From: Thermoplasmatota archaeon
GTDB lineage: Archaea; Thermoplasmatota; Penumbrarchaeia; Penumbrarchaeales; Penumbrarchaeaceae
Length of the DNA stretch: 64,000 nt
NCBI GenBank assembly: GCA_029762535.1
Contig: JARVGK010000003.1
Span: 1 to 64,000, forward strand
Reading direction: 5' to 3'
Below are positions 29,967 to 38,736 of this stretch, piece after piece; positions within the stretch are counted from its first letter, which is position 1, and each line of letters begins with the position of its first letter. Below the pieces are notes generated by a model that saw nothing but the letters and a program-made list of their open reading frames with translations, searched no databases and had not been told where the DNA came from. The translations under genes were made by a program, and so were the position numbers.

Positions 29967-30200
29967 TTATGATTTCAAGAACAATTTGATGATCTCATCC
30001 TTATCTATCCCGGCTTGACGTAGTATTTCAGTGAGAGTTCCTTTTGGTAGGTCCTTTTTATGAAATGGCACAACGACCCTGTTACCATTTTTCGGGTTGT
30101 AGTAAAGGTGATGACCACCCTTGATCCTTTCGAGAACGAACCCTTTCTTCTTAAGGATCTTGATGATCTCATCTGGATCAAGAACAGGTAGTTTGGGCAT
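29967..30200 (-). CDS. hicA: type II toxin HicA (mRNA interferase)
   Basis: KKGFVLERIKGGHH..VVVPFHKKDLPKGTLTEILRQAG. Confidence 0.93.
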   Translation of the reverse strand: MPKLPVLDPDEIIKILKKKGFVLERIKGGHHLYYNPKNGNRVVVPFHKKDLPKGTLTEILRQAGIDKDEIIKLFLKS

Positions 30201-30426
30201 GGGCTTTCACTGTCAAGGTGTATTCGAATGTTCTTTCTTCAGTTGGGATATCCTCTCCATGTGCGATCATGCTTTCGAGGTAGAGCTCTATCGCCTCTTT
30301 CGCAAACTCTATAGCCTCATCGATCGTATCGCCGAAGGTAATACAACCGGGAAGAGAGGGTACAATTACCGTAAACCCTCCTTCGGGTTCCTCCCTGAGA
30401 AGTATCCTATAGTTTCTTGCTTCCAT
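30178..30426 (-). CDS. hicB: type II antitoxin HicB (short form, no obvious DNA-binding domain)
   Basis: EPEGGFTVIVPSLPGCITFGDTIDEAIEFAKEAIELYLE. Confidence 0.93.
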   Translation of the reverse strand: MEARNYRILLREEPEGGFTVIVPSLPGCITFGDTIDEAIEFAKEAIELYLESMIAHGEDIPTEERTFEYTLTVKAHAQTTCS

Positions 30427-30486
30427 GTAGAAGGATAGTCTGTTTCAAAGTATTATTTATTTCCATGCCATAAGGAAGCGGTCGGA

Positions 30487-31707
30487 TCAACCCATAACGA
30501 GATCGACCATCATCTCAAGAGGGAGTATCCCGGCCGGTATGCGGGGGAGCTTGGGAATGTAATGGGCCGCTTTGCCCGAGTCCGTTCCCACCTTACTCAT
30601 TCCCATCGATCCCAGCGGAGTGACGACCATGCAGGTGTCGTTGTATATCTCGACCCCTGAGCGCTCGATGTCATCAAGGATACCGGGATCCACAAGGGAT
30701 CTCGCCTCCCTCGACGTGAAGACCAGAAGCCTCTTGCCGTCCCGGACCCTCCTCTCACCTATGGCCTTCGCCAACCTGATGAAATCCTCGGGTCCGAACT
30801 GAGGGCAACCGAGAACGAACCCGTCTGCATCGGATAGGTCCTCGGGATAGATGTCGTCCTTGGCCCTTTCAAGGTCGGATATGTCCAGGTCCACTATCTC
30901 ACGGATGCGGTCCTCGGAATAGGCCATGTCCACCAGCTTCATCTCGGGGGTGATCCCCTCAACATGGTAAATGGCGTGCCCTCCCTTGGCGGCCATTGCG
31001 GCCCCCAGGTGTTTCATATCGGGTTTTGAGGAGTCATTCTTCAGTCCTTTGATGTAGCATACATCGGAGTTGTAATTGACGCCAAGGTACGCTCCAAGGA
31101 GATCGTAGTGGATATGGTCCATGTCGCCTTTCACATTGACCTCCAGGGTTGGGATCCGGTTCTCATCAAGATGCATCCCCCAGTTCGGGGTCTTCCCGAT
31201 GATGGCCGAGGCCAACGAGGAGATGCCTCCTTCCCTGTTGGTCCTGGCCCCCACCATGGAGTTGGCGTAGATGACGGCGTTGGACTCCCCCCAGGCGAGA
31301 TGGTCCCCGAAGGAGATCGGCTCCACCGCCCCGGGGATCTCGTAAGGGATGCAGGAGCAGTTGATGGTGATGCCCAGCTCCCTGAAGAGGAAGATGATCT
31401 CGATCTGCTTGGATGCGAACCCCTCTGGGATACCCATCTCCTTCCAGCGCTCAAGGTCCATCCCGGCTGGGTTGAGGCTCGAGGGGATCGAAGCCTTACC
31501 CCCGCCCTTGACAATGTCGCGAAGGAACATCAAAAGCGCCTCCCCGGCCGTTAGATAGGAGACACCCGATACGTGGGCGGAACGGATCGGTACTAGCCTG
31601 TCCGCCTCCTGAAGCTCCCCGTAATTGACGAGGATCCCCATGGCCTTGGTCCTTGCATGGGAGGGATCCCCCTGGAGGATCCCCTCCTCTTCCCTGGTCA
31701 GGTCCAT
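30487..31707 (-). CDS. aconitase X catalytic subunit (DUF521; phosphomevalonate dehydratase large subunit-like)
   Basis: AHVSGVSY, LNPAGMD, CSCIPY, AWGESNAVIYANSMVGARTNREG, GCPQ, DTCMVVTP, TDSGKAAHY. Confidence 0.9.
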   Translation of the reverse strand: MDLTREEEGILQGDPSHARTKAMGILVNYGELQEADRLVPIRSAHVSGVSYLTAGEALLMFLRDIVKGGGKASIPSSLNPAGMDLERWKEMGIPEGFASKQIEIIFLFRELGITINCSCIPYEIPGAVEPISFGDHLAWGESNAVIYANSMVGARTNREGGISSLASAIIGKTPNWGMHLDENRIPTLEVNVKGDMDHIHYDLLGAYLGVNYNSDVCYIKGLKNDSSKPDMKHLGAAMAAKGGHAIYHVEGITPEMKLVDMAYSEDRIREIVDLDISDLERAKDDIYPEDLSDADGFVLGCPQFGPEDFIRLAKAIGERRVRDGKRLLVFTSREARSLVDPGILDDIERSGVEIYNDTCMVVTPLGSMGMSKVGTDSGKAAHYIPKLPRIPAGILPLEMMVDLVMG

Positions 31708-31766
31708 GGATGGAGTATGATGGGAGTATTTTAAAACCTTGTCCCCGGGAATATTTTGGAATAAGG

Positions 31767-32050
31767 CGGACCCATGGGGATTCGATGCTTAGAAAATCCC
31801 TACGGATTTTCTGCATCTTGGGATCTCGAATTAAAGGAATGATGCTTTTGATCCCAAGAACCAAGGTTCGAATCCAAATGTACATTGTTCTTGAAAATAA
31901 TTAGAAAGCGGACCCATGGGGATTCGACTGTGAAAAATCCTTCGGATTTTCCACGTCTGGGATTCTTTAATCGATATGATATTGTTGTTGAATCCCAGAA
32001 CCCAAGGGTTCGAATCCAAATGTACAATGCTCCCGAAAATAATTAGAAAG
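31767..32050 (-). repeat. two 142-bp tandem units, each carrying the tRNA-Arg 3' end with a twin-hairpin insert
   Basis: cggacccatggggattcga at 31767, 31909 and 32051 (exact 142-bp period); shared ggttcgaatccaaatgtaca and gaaaataattagaaag. Confidence 0.9.
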
Positions 32051-32124
32051 CGGACCCATGGGGATTCGAACCCCACCCCCCGGCTCCGAAGGCCGGAAGA
32101 CTATCCTGGCTATCCTATGGGCCC
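32051..32124 (-). tRNA. tRNA-Arg (anticodon TCG), no intron, CCA not encoded
   Basis: GGGCCCA/TGGGTCC acceptor stem, CCGGC-CTTCGGA-GCCGG anticodon arm, TGGGG-TTCGAAT-CCCCA T arm. Confidence 0.93.
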
Positions 32125-32676
32125 GATGATTGGGTTATGGCCCTGTAGGGTCATAACCCTATTTTAATCGATTCATAAGCGGATCCCCAGGATATGTGTT
32201 ACTCCCGAAGGGATCGGGGGTGGGGAAAAAAGTCTCTGTGGTTGGATTCTTTCGGGGGAAGAATCCACCGGAAGACTATCCTGGCTATCCTATGGGCCCA
32301 TATTGGTTTGTAGTCCGAATGTAATGAGGACTATAAACCTTTATATGGTGATCCTTAGGCTGGATAGGCGGATCAAGCCATATTCGGGGTGGGGGAAAAG
32401 CCTCTGTACGGAGGCCGGATCGGGGATCCGGCCTGAAGACTATCCTGGCTATCCTATGGGTCCATGAACTATTGGATGGCCAAAGGCCGGCCAATAGTTC
32501 TATTTTTCGGACCCATAGACGATGGGGGATAGGCGGATCTAGCCGAGTTCGGGGTGGGGGAAAGAGTCTGTGTACGGAGGCCGGATCGGGGATCCGGCCT
32601 GAAGACTATCCTGGCTATCCTATGGGCCCGATGATTGGGTTATGGCCCGTAGGGATATAACCCAATTTCAATCAAT
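32125..32676 (-). repeat. three ~165-175-bp units, each carrying the tRNA-Arg 5' 29 nt plus hairpins
   Basis: gaagactatcctggctatcctatggg(c/t)cc at 32271, 32435 and 32601 (and at 32096 in the tRNA); shared ggggtggggg-aaa block. Confidence 0.9.
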
Positions 32677-33003
32677 TCATCTACCGCTTATACGGTACCA
32701 TGCGGGAAGCCCGATGTACCTGTAATGGTCCTCGATCTGCCTGGAATATATGGAGGCATAGAAGCGGTTGAAATCGGCGACATGAAGCAGTCCCTTCTTC
32801 GTGGGAACGACCTTGTAGGACCTCTCGTCCCTATCGACCGATATGTAGCCCTCACCCTCCAGATGCGAGAGCACCCTCTCCGTCATGTTGTGGTTTGACC
32901 TTATATGATGCATTATCTCCGATTTGGAAAGCCCGTCGATCCCTCCAGAAAGAAGCTGTTCGATCTTCGATCCGAGATCTTTCTGCTGGAGATCGATGCC
33001 CAT
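32677..33003 (-). CDS. winged-helix DNA-binding protein
   Basis: LSKSEIMHHIRSNHNMTERVLSHLEGEGYI..YKVVPTKKG. Start taken at ATG 33003. Confidence 0.75.
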   Translation of the reverse strand: MGIDLQQKDLGSKIEQLLSGGIDGLSKSEIMHHIRSNHNMTERVLSHLEGEGYISVDRDERSYKVVPTKKGLLHVADFNRFYASIYSRQIEDHYRYIGLPAWYRISGR

Positions 33004-33086
33004 CGCTGAGGCTAGAAGGTTCAACACGATGCAGGAATACAGGTTGATGTCCTTGTAGCTCTTTCCTTCCAAACCGCACACACCTC

Positions 33087-33932
33087 TCAGGGCAGCACTT
33101 TCGGGAGCTCTGGGACATACGGTATGAACTCGTATCTCCCGTTCGGAAGTTCCACGACGACCTGAACGTTCATCCGCTTCTCCTTCTTTGCCTTAAGGTA
33201 TATCCTACCCTCGACAAGTTTGTCATACAATTTCTCGTCGATCCCGTTGAACGACCCTCCCGCCTTGTAAAGCAGACATACCCTGCCCGGGTATATCTTC
33301 GATCTCGATGTGATATCCTCCAGGTCACTTATGATGGCCTTGAGGTCCTCTGAACTGGGGGATCTCCTGTACTCTCGTATGAAGATGGAGTATCCCGGAT
33401 ACCCGATCCTGAACAGCTTGGAGAAGAACGATGCCTTGTTGAGGATGAAAGCGCTGAAATGATGCCTCTTTCCCGACTTGCCCACGGCATACGAGTCCTT
33501 CCTGATGATCTCCGGCCTTCTGCTGATCATCCTCTTGAAGGTGAGATTGTTCTTCTTCAGATAGTTGAGGAACCGCTCCGTCATGTTCTTGCCTTTCGGT
33601 ATGGAATGTCCAGGGGGCCCCTCCCTCATGGCCTTGATGGCCGAATACCTGAAAGCGGCCGTCTTGAGAAAACGCCTCAAATGGGTGAGAAGCCGTGCGG
33701 TTATGATCCCGGTCACGAGAAGGGAGAGAAGTATCAGCACGAGGAACCAGTTGCCACTGGATAGCGTTGCAAGGAACAGCAGCAGGTAAAGTACAACTGA
33801 GAACCATACGAAATATAGCGCGAACTTTGATAGGAACAGTATCCTATCCGAGTTGTCGATTATCTCCTCGGCCAGGTTGAACGTCCCTGATATGGGGTCC
33901 TCGACCCCTCTGTATAGCTGCCATCGCTTCAT
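33087..33932 (-). CDS. two-TM membrane protein with a cytoplasmic domain, possibly restriction-endonuclease-like fold
   Basis: Two N-terminal helices; VGKSGKRHHFS resembles the archaeal GxSGxxHxFD motif. Confidence 0.6.
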   Translation of the reverse strand: MKRWQLYRGVEDPISGTFNLAEEIIDNSDRILFLSKFALYFVWFSVVLYLLLFLATLSSGNWFLVLILLSLLVTGIITARLLTHLRRFLKTAAFRYSAIKAMREGPPGHSIPKGKNMTERFLNYLKKNNLTFKRMISRRPEIIRKDSYAVGKSGKRHHFSAFILNKASFFSKLFRIGYPGYSIFIREYRRSPSSEDLKAIISDLEDITSRSKIYPGRVCLLYKAGGSFNGIDEKLYDKLVEGRIYLKAKKEKRMNVQVVVELPNGRYEFIPYVPELPKVLP

Positions 33933-33980
33933 TTCAAATCACCCAAGAGATCCTTTTCTGTGCTCTCTCGGCCCTCATCG

Positions 33981-34048
33981 TATTTAAACCCGTATGAAAC
34001 AAAGTTACGTAACTTTCTGTTAGAACAAGCTTTCGTTCCCTTATATAT
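33981..34048. promoter_or_regulatory. divergent promoter pair with a central 16-bp palindrome
   Basis: TTTAAATA on - (33981-33988), AAAGTTACGTAACTTT (34001-34016), TTATATAT on + (34041-34048). Confidence 0.6.
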
Positions 34049-34082
34049 GATTTTTCGTGCCTCTTCCCTGTGGTGATAAGAC

Positions 34083-36236
34083 ATGACCAAAGGAAAAGCA
34101 TGGATAATCCTGCCCCTGATCCTCGCCGGCGCGATAATCGCCTCGGGCGTGGGGATGATAGGTCTCCTGCTCCAGCTGACGGAGAGGGATGGGGCAGGGC
34201 CGGATATTGAGCCAGAGCATGCGATCACCAGCAGCGAGCTGCTGCTGGCCAAGGAGATATCCTCGGAAACCTACCGGCGATCGCTGGACACCGCACTCTC
34301 CGCAGAGGGATATTCCCCCAAGGAGAAGGGGATCCCCATACGGCCTGAAAATGAAAAGGTCCCGCTTCCCCCAACAGCTGAGGGTGAGCCCGAACGTACG
34401 AGAGGGGAGGACGATCTTACAAGCATGGAAGGATACATTAACAGGGACGAGGGCCCGGGAGCGCCCGAGATCAACGTGGATTCCACCGCCTCCCTTCTCG
34501 GCGAGAAGGGATCCCTCATAGAGGGCTCCTACTCCACGCTGAAGGAGGGCTCGATCCCGGACGGTTTCTCCGTGATCGATATCGATGAGGACCACGACCT
34601 CCCCGTAACCGAGGAGGGGATCTCCATGGAAGAGGATATGCCCCCTGAGATCTCCAAGGATATGGAGGACCTTTCCGATGAGCTCTCCGATGTTCTTGGA
34701 GAGAACGCACCCGATGCGGCATCGGCGGGAATCGACCTCAACGACGTGGCTGAAACCACCTGGACCATGTCGAACTCGACATCCAGGGATTCGGACCTCG
34801 ACGGCAACCCCGAATACAAGTACGAGATCAAAGTGGCATACGGAAGGAAGAACAACACCGTTCTCAACTCCAGCCTCGAATATATCGCTGGCTACGAATA
34901 TGAATACCGTGACGCGGACTCCGACGGGACACCTAACTACGAGAGGCTCTTCATCGTCAAGTTCGCGAATTACACTGTGAACGGCAACAAGGTTGCCGAG
35001 GGCGTCTCCTTCACCGAGATCGTGAAGAACGATACCGACGGCGACTCGTTGATCGATCGTGAGGACATAAAGCATCTGTCATACGGGTATCACGCCACGT
35101 TGTTCGGCACGGTGAAGAGCTTCGCCAGGGCGGGCGAGATCTCCCGGATCGACGATGACGCTGACTCCGGGTTCGACAGGACCACAGGCAGCGCCGTCTT
35201 CTACATGAAGAACGAGAACGTAAGGACGAATGTCACCTTGAGGGAGTCCTTCATTGTTATCAAGGGATCGCGCTCCGAGGTATATGCCGAGTACTCGAGC
35301 CTCGCTTTCACGAGGCTCAACGGGACCTCGGGTAACGTCCTTCTCGAGGACGCGCGGATAATGACCTACAAAGAGAGCGGCTCGAATAGGAACCTCGTCC
35401 TCATCGCAGGAAGGAACAACACCGTCACCGGACGGGTCCAGTATGGTATCTTGAACCTCACGGCGTCATCTCAGGGAAATACGACGACGATAAGGGTAAC
35501 GGGATTCGCACTGGAGAACTCCACTCTCCTTCTCGGCGGGACCAGGTCCGACGCCGTGGCCGTGGATTACACTGTCGTGATCGAAGGGACCTCAAAGACC
35601 GAATCCGGCTTCCTCGCAGCCTCCAGAACGGATATGAGGCCCAAGACCACGGAGGAGTCGGTGATATTCCTGTCCATGGACAGGAGCTCATCCTCAAACG
35701 TCACCATCAGCGAGAACGTGACGGTATTCGCCAGGGTGAACGTGACAGGGACCGGACTGACCTCGACCTCGGCGCTGGCCATGAGGAACTACGCCGATGC
35801 CGACGCGGACGGCAATGCCGAATATCTGAAGGAGGCATGGGTCGTCGGCAGGTCCGAGGACCTGGACAACGACGGCATCGTTGATAAGGAAGGTTACATA
35901 GTCCACTGGGCCGAGACGATGGACCAGGATGACGACGGCAACCCCGAGCGCATCAACAACTTCACCATGATGGGCTGGAAACACGATACCGACGACGACG
36001 GGAACGTGGACATCGAGAGGGGATTGATGGTCAACGTGACATGGTACGACGAGAACTCCAACGGCACGTTCGAGCTCAAGGAGACAGGCATCCTTGGCTT
36101 CGAGAAGAAGGATGCCGATTCCGACGGTGTTTTCGACAGCGAGAAATACGCCGGCGCCTGGGAGAAGATCATCGACGTCCATGACGATGGCACCGAGATC
36201 AACAAGCAGTCCGGAACCTGGACGCACGAGGTATGA
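34083..36236 (+). CDS. secreted/membrane-anchored acidic protein with many DxDxDG calcium-binding-like loops
   Basis: N-terminal TM; DSDLDGNPE, DADSDGTP, DTDGD, DADADGNAE, DLDNDG, DQDDDGNPE, DTDDDGN, DADSDG. Confidence 0.75.
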   Translation: MTKGKAWIILPLILAGAIIASGVGMIGLLLQLTERDGAGPDIEPEHAITSSELLLAKEISSETYRRSLDTALSAEGYSPKEKGIPIRPENEKVPLPPTAEGEPERTRGEDDLTSMEGYINRDEGPGAPEINVDSTASLLGEKGSLIEGSYSTLKEGSIPDGFSVIDIDEDHDLPVTEEGISMEEDMPPEISKDMEDLSDELSDVLGENAPDAASAGIDLNDVAETTWTMSNSTSRDSDLDGNPEYKYEIKVAYGRKNNTVLNSSLEYIAGYEYEYRDADSDGTPNYERLFIVKFANYTVNGNKVAEGVSFTEIVKNDTDGDSLIDREDIKHLSYGYHATLFGTVKSFARAGEISRIDDDADSGFDRTTGSAVFYMKNENVRTNVTLRESFIVIKGSRSEVYAEYSSLAFTRLNGTSGNVLLEDARIMTYKESGSNRNLVLIAGRNNTVTGRVQYGILNLTASSQGNTTTIRVTGFALENSTLLLGGTRSDAVAVDYTVVIEGTSKTESGFLAASRTDMRPKTTEESVIFLSMDRSSSSNVTISENVTVFARVNVTGTGLTSTSALAMRNYADADADGNAEYLKEAWVVGRSEDLDNDGIVDKEGYIVHWAETMDQDDDGNPERINNFTMMGWKHDTDDDGNVDIERGLMVNVTWYDENSNGTFELKETGILGFEKKDADSDGVFDSEKYAGAWEKIIDVHDDGTEINKQSGTWTHEV

Positions 36237-36250
36237 AGGAGGAATAGAGC

Positions 36251-36700
36251 ATGAGAATGTGGGCAATGATAGGACTTGCGGCTCTCATAATGGGGGCCGG
36301 ATTGATGGCCGGATGCATAGACGAGGTGGCCGATCCCACCCTCGAGTTCAACGTGATGGATGTGGCGCTGAACAATTCATCGCCAAACCCGTCATCGGTC
36401 GATGCAGGCAGCGGGTACCAGTTCCTCTACGTCAAGGTGAGGCTGGTGAACCTCAACGAGAAGGCTGATCTCACTGTTGTTCCCGGATCGTTCGCCGTGG
36501 ATGACAACTCGACCGTCGAGAAGAGGGGCGATCACATGGCCACCCTCGACATGAGGCGCATAGACAGCATAAGGGTGGACCCACAGGATGAGAAGATCTT
36601 CTGGGTCACGTTCAAGGTGCCTACGGATTCTAAGATGATATTCATCCGCTACAGGGGCACTTTGGACGAGCCCGTGGAAAGGACGCTGCCGGAATATTGA
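36251..36700 (+). CDS. lipoprotein, DUF4352-like
   Basis: Lipobox-like LMAGC; GYQFLYVKVRLVN; WVTFKVP. Confidence 0.7.
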   Translation: MRMWAMIGLAALIMGAGLMAGCIDEVADPTLEFNVMDVALNNSSPNPSSVDAGSGYQFLYVKVRLVNLNEKADLTVVPGSFAVDDNSTVEKRGDHMATLDMRRIDSIRVDPQDEKIFWVTFKVPTDSKMIFIRYRGTLDEPVERTLPEY

Positions 36701-36717
36701 GGCCTGAAGGAAAGGTT

Positions 36718-36752
36718 GGATCCCCCAATTCCAAGGGGGATCCTTTTATTTT
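36718..36752. terminator. hairpin terminator between convergent genes
   Basis: GGATCCCCC-aattccaa-GGGGGATCC followed by TTTTATTTT. Confidence 0.65.
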
Positions 36753-37042
36753 TATCCGACGACGACCCGGAACTTCTCCCTGACGGGGGGTGATACGAGG
36801 AATTCCCTCATCCTCTCTATGAGAAGGTCGTAGACCCCGACTTCCTCGTACCTTCTGGCGTCCTCCTCCGTCTCCCAGAACCCCATGTCGAAGCCCTTGC
36901 CCGTCTCATCGTCTATGAACAGCTCGCCTTTGACGAAACCGCTCTGCTTCTCGGCGTCCTGAAGGACATAGCACTTCCAGATCCTTATGGCATCATCTAA
37001 CCTGTCCTTGCTGAAATGATATGTGACCATTCCCACGTACAT
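36752..37042 (-). CDS. antibiotic biosynthesis monooxygenase (ABM)-like protein
   Basis: 96-aa ferredoxin-like pattern QSGF..D.ETGK....WETEEDA..Y. Confidence 0.75.
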   Translation of the reverse strand: MYVGMVTYHFSKDRLDDAIRIWKCYVLQDAEKQSGFVKGELFIDDETGKGFDMGFWETEEDARRYEEVGVYDLLIERMREFLVSPPVREKFRVVVG

Positions 37043-37188
37043 AGGTAACCTCCAGATGGTTGAGAAAGAGCATCTGTCTGAAAACTATTTATTGATTTTC
37101 ATCGTTTCGTTCTTTGAAGCCACGACGATCCCTGGTCGTTCCCTTTGGTCGGTCCCGATTAAATTAATATCATCCAACCCCGCTTGGG

Positions 37189-38691
37189 ATGACAAGCATG
37201 AAAGACAATGGACCGAAGAAAAGGAGGGCATTCCCCAGGCGAATCCCCTCCCTGGATATCCCGTTGAGGATCCCGGAGCTCGAATGGACCAGCTTCCCGG
37301 AGCCGAAGCGCTATTTCACCTTCTTCTACTCGAAGAAGTACATCATTCTGGTCCTTATTCTGACACTTGCGACCTATCTTATCACCCAGGGGCAGAGCGA
37401 ACCCATAAGGAGGGTCGCCGCGATATTCGTCCTGGTCGCCGGGTGCTGGCTCTTCGAGATATTCCCGATATACATCACAGGGCTCATGGTCCCGGTCCTT
37501 CTGACGTTTGCCGGGATCTTCAAGCCGGCTCAGGCGTTCGAGCCCTTCGCCCATCCGGTGATATTCCTGCTAATCGGCGGCCTCACCCTGGGCCAGGCCG
37601 TGGTGAAGCACGGGATCGACAGAAGGATCGCTTTTTCCATACTGAGGTATTCCATGGGCAAGCTGGAAGGCGTCGTGATAGTCTCGATGCTGACCACGGC
37701 CTTCATCAGCATGTGGATATCCAACACCGTGGCGATAGCCATACTGCTCCCTGTGGTCCTCACCATACTAGCCTCCGTGCCCGATGATATGCTGCCTTTC
37801 AAGAGGAGGGTTCTCTTCGGAATGGCCGTGAGCGCCACCCTTGGAGGCATGGCCATGCTCACGGGCAGCACGCCGAACATGATCGTGGCAGCCCTTCTCG
37901 AGAGCAGGACCCCTTTCGGCTTCCTGCAGTGGGCATATTACGGGATCCCGGTCGTGGTCCTCTCCCTTGTCTCATCATATTTCATTCTCAAACGCCTCTT
38001 CAGAACGCCGGATGCGAAACTGGACCTGGGCAGGGTCATGGGCCAGAACCGGTCCGAGGGACCCATGGGCTTTTCGCAGAAGATGGTGATAGCGATATTC
38101 GGGTTCACGATCCTGCTGTGGTTCTTCGGGAGCCAGGCTGAGATATTCCTGGGACTGCCCTCGTCGATCTCGAGCGCCGCCATCGTTTCGATCCTGTCGG
38201 TCCTCGTGATGTTCGGATCGGGCCTTCTGGATATGAAGGACCTCAAGTCGATACACTGGGAGATCATGTTCCTGGTGGGTGGAGGGATCCTCCTGGGCGA
38301 GGCCATGGTGGAATCCGGGCTCGCGGGTGAGATAGGTGGCGCGGTGGCATCGACCAGTTCGTTCCTCCCGGTAGTCATGATGATCCTCCTGTTCACCCTG
38401 CTGACCATCGCCCTGACGAATTTCATTTCGAACAGCGCGACCGCGGCCATCCTGGGTCCGATCGCGATCGCCGCCTCGGATTCGATGGGGATGAACCCCA
38501 TACCTTTTGTCATGGGGATCGGACTCGGGGCGTCCGTAGCGTTCATCACCCCGGTCGGGACGCCTTCGACGGCCATGGTGTACTCCACTGGATTGATCCC
38601 CAAGGACATGCTCATCAAGTACGGCCTCATGATAGGGATCATAGTCGCCCTTGTGATATCTATCATAACGTTCATATTCCCGATACCCTGA
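37189..38691 (+). CDS. DASS/SLC13 family sodium-coupled anion symporter
   Basis: SMWISNT, GSTPN, NFISNSATA, TPVGTPSTA motifs; multiple TM helices. Confidence 0.92.
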   Translation: MTSMKDNGPKKRRAFPRRIPSLDIPLRIPELEWTSFPEPKRYFTFFYSKKYIILVLILTLATYLITQGQSEPIRRVAAIFVLVAGCWLFEIFPIYITGLMVPVLLTFAGIFKPAQAFEPFAHPVIFLLIGGLTLGQAVVKHGIDRRIAFSILRYSMGKLEGVVIVSMLTTAFISMWISNTVAIAILLPVVLTILASVPDDMLPFKRRVLFGMAVSATLGGMAMLTGSTPNMIVAALLESRTPFGFLQWAYYGIPVVVLSLVSSYFILKRLFRTPDAKLDLGRVMGQNRSEGPMGFSQKMVIAIFGFTILLWFFGSQAEIFLGLPSSISSAAIVSILSVLVMFGSGLLDMKDLKSIHWEIMFLVGGGILLGEAMVESGLAGEIGGAVASTSSFLPVVMMILLFTLLTIALTNFISNSATAAILGPIAIAASDSMGMNPIPFVMGIGLGASVAFITPVGTPSTAMVYSTGLIPKDMLIKYGLMIGIIVALVISIITFIFPIP

Positions 38692-38736
38692 GGTTCCCGG
38701 GAAGGTTTTTCATTGCCAGAGAGGTTACCCTCATCG

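Noticed and set aside
31767-32069. Prophage or genomic island bounded by tRNA 3'-end duplications
   Set aside because: The att-like copies are only 142 bp apart and enclose no integrase or cargo genes.
32096-32629. Split (trans-spliced) tRNA halves
   Set aside because: An intact gene is present, the fragments do not add up to complementary halves, and I see no BHB-forming leader/trailer pairing.
31496-32660. Short ORFs across the tRNA-Arg array (e.g. 31800-32027, 31831-32076, 32285-32494)
   Set aside because: They are translations of non-coding repeats with repeated peptide fragments and overlap the tRNA.
31767-32676. CRISPR array interpretation of the regularly spaced repeats (also 48992-49845)
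   Set aside because: The repeats are tRNA fragments, periods are ~140-175 bp, intervening sequences are homologous to each other, and no cas genes are in the window.
34041-35075. Long antisense ORFs (e.g. 34041-35075, 43253-44287, 19683-20408, 1628-2362)
   Set aside because: They are shadows of well-supported genes on the opposite strand in GC-rich DNA, with no recognisable motifs.
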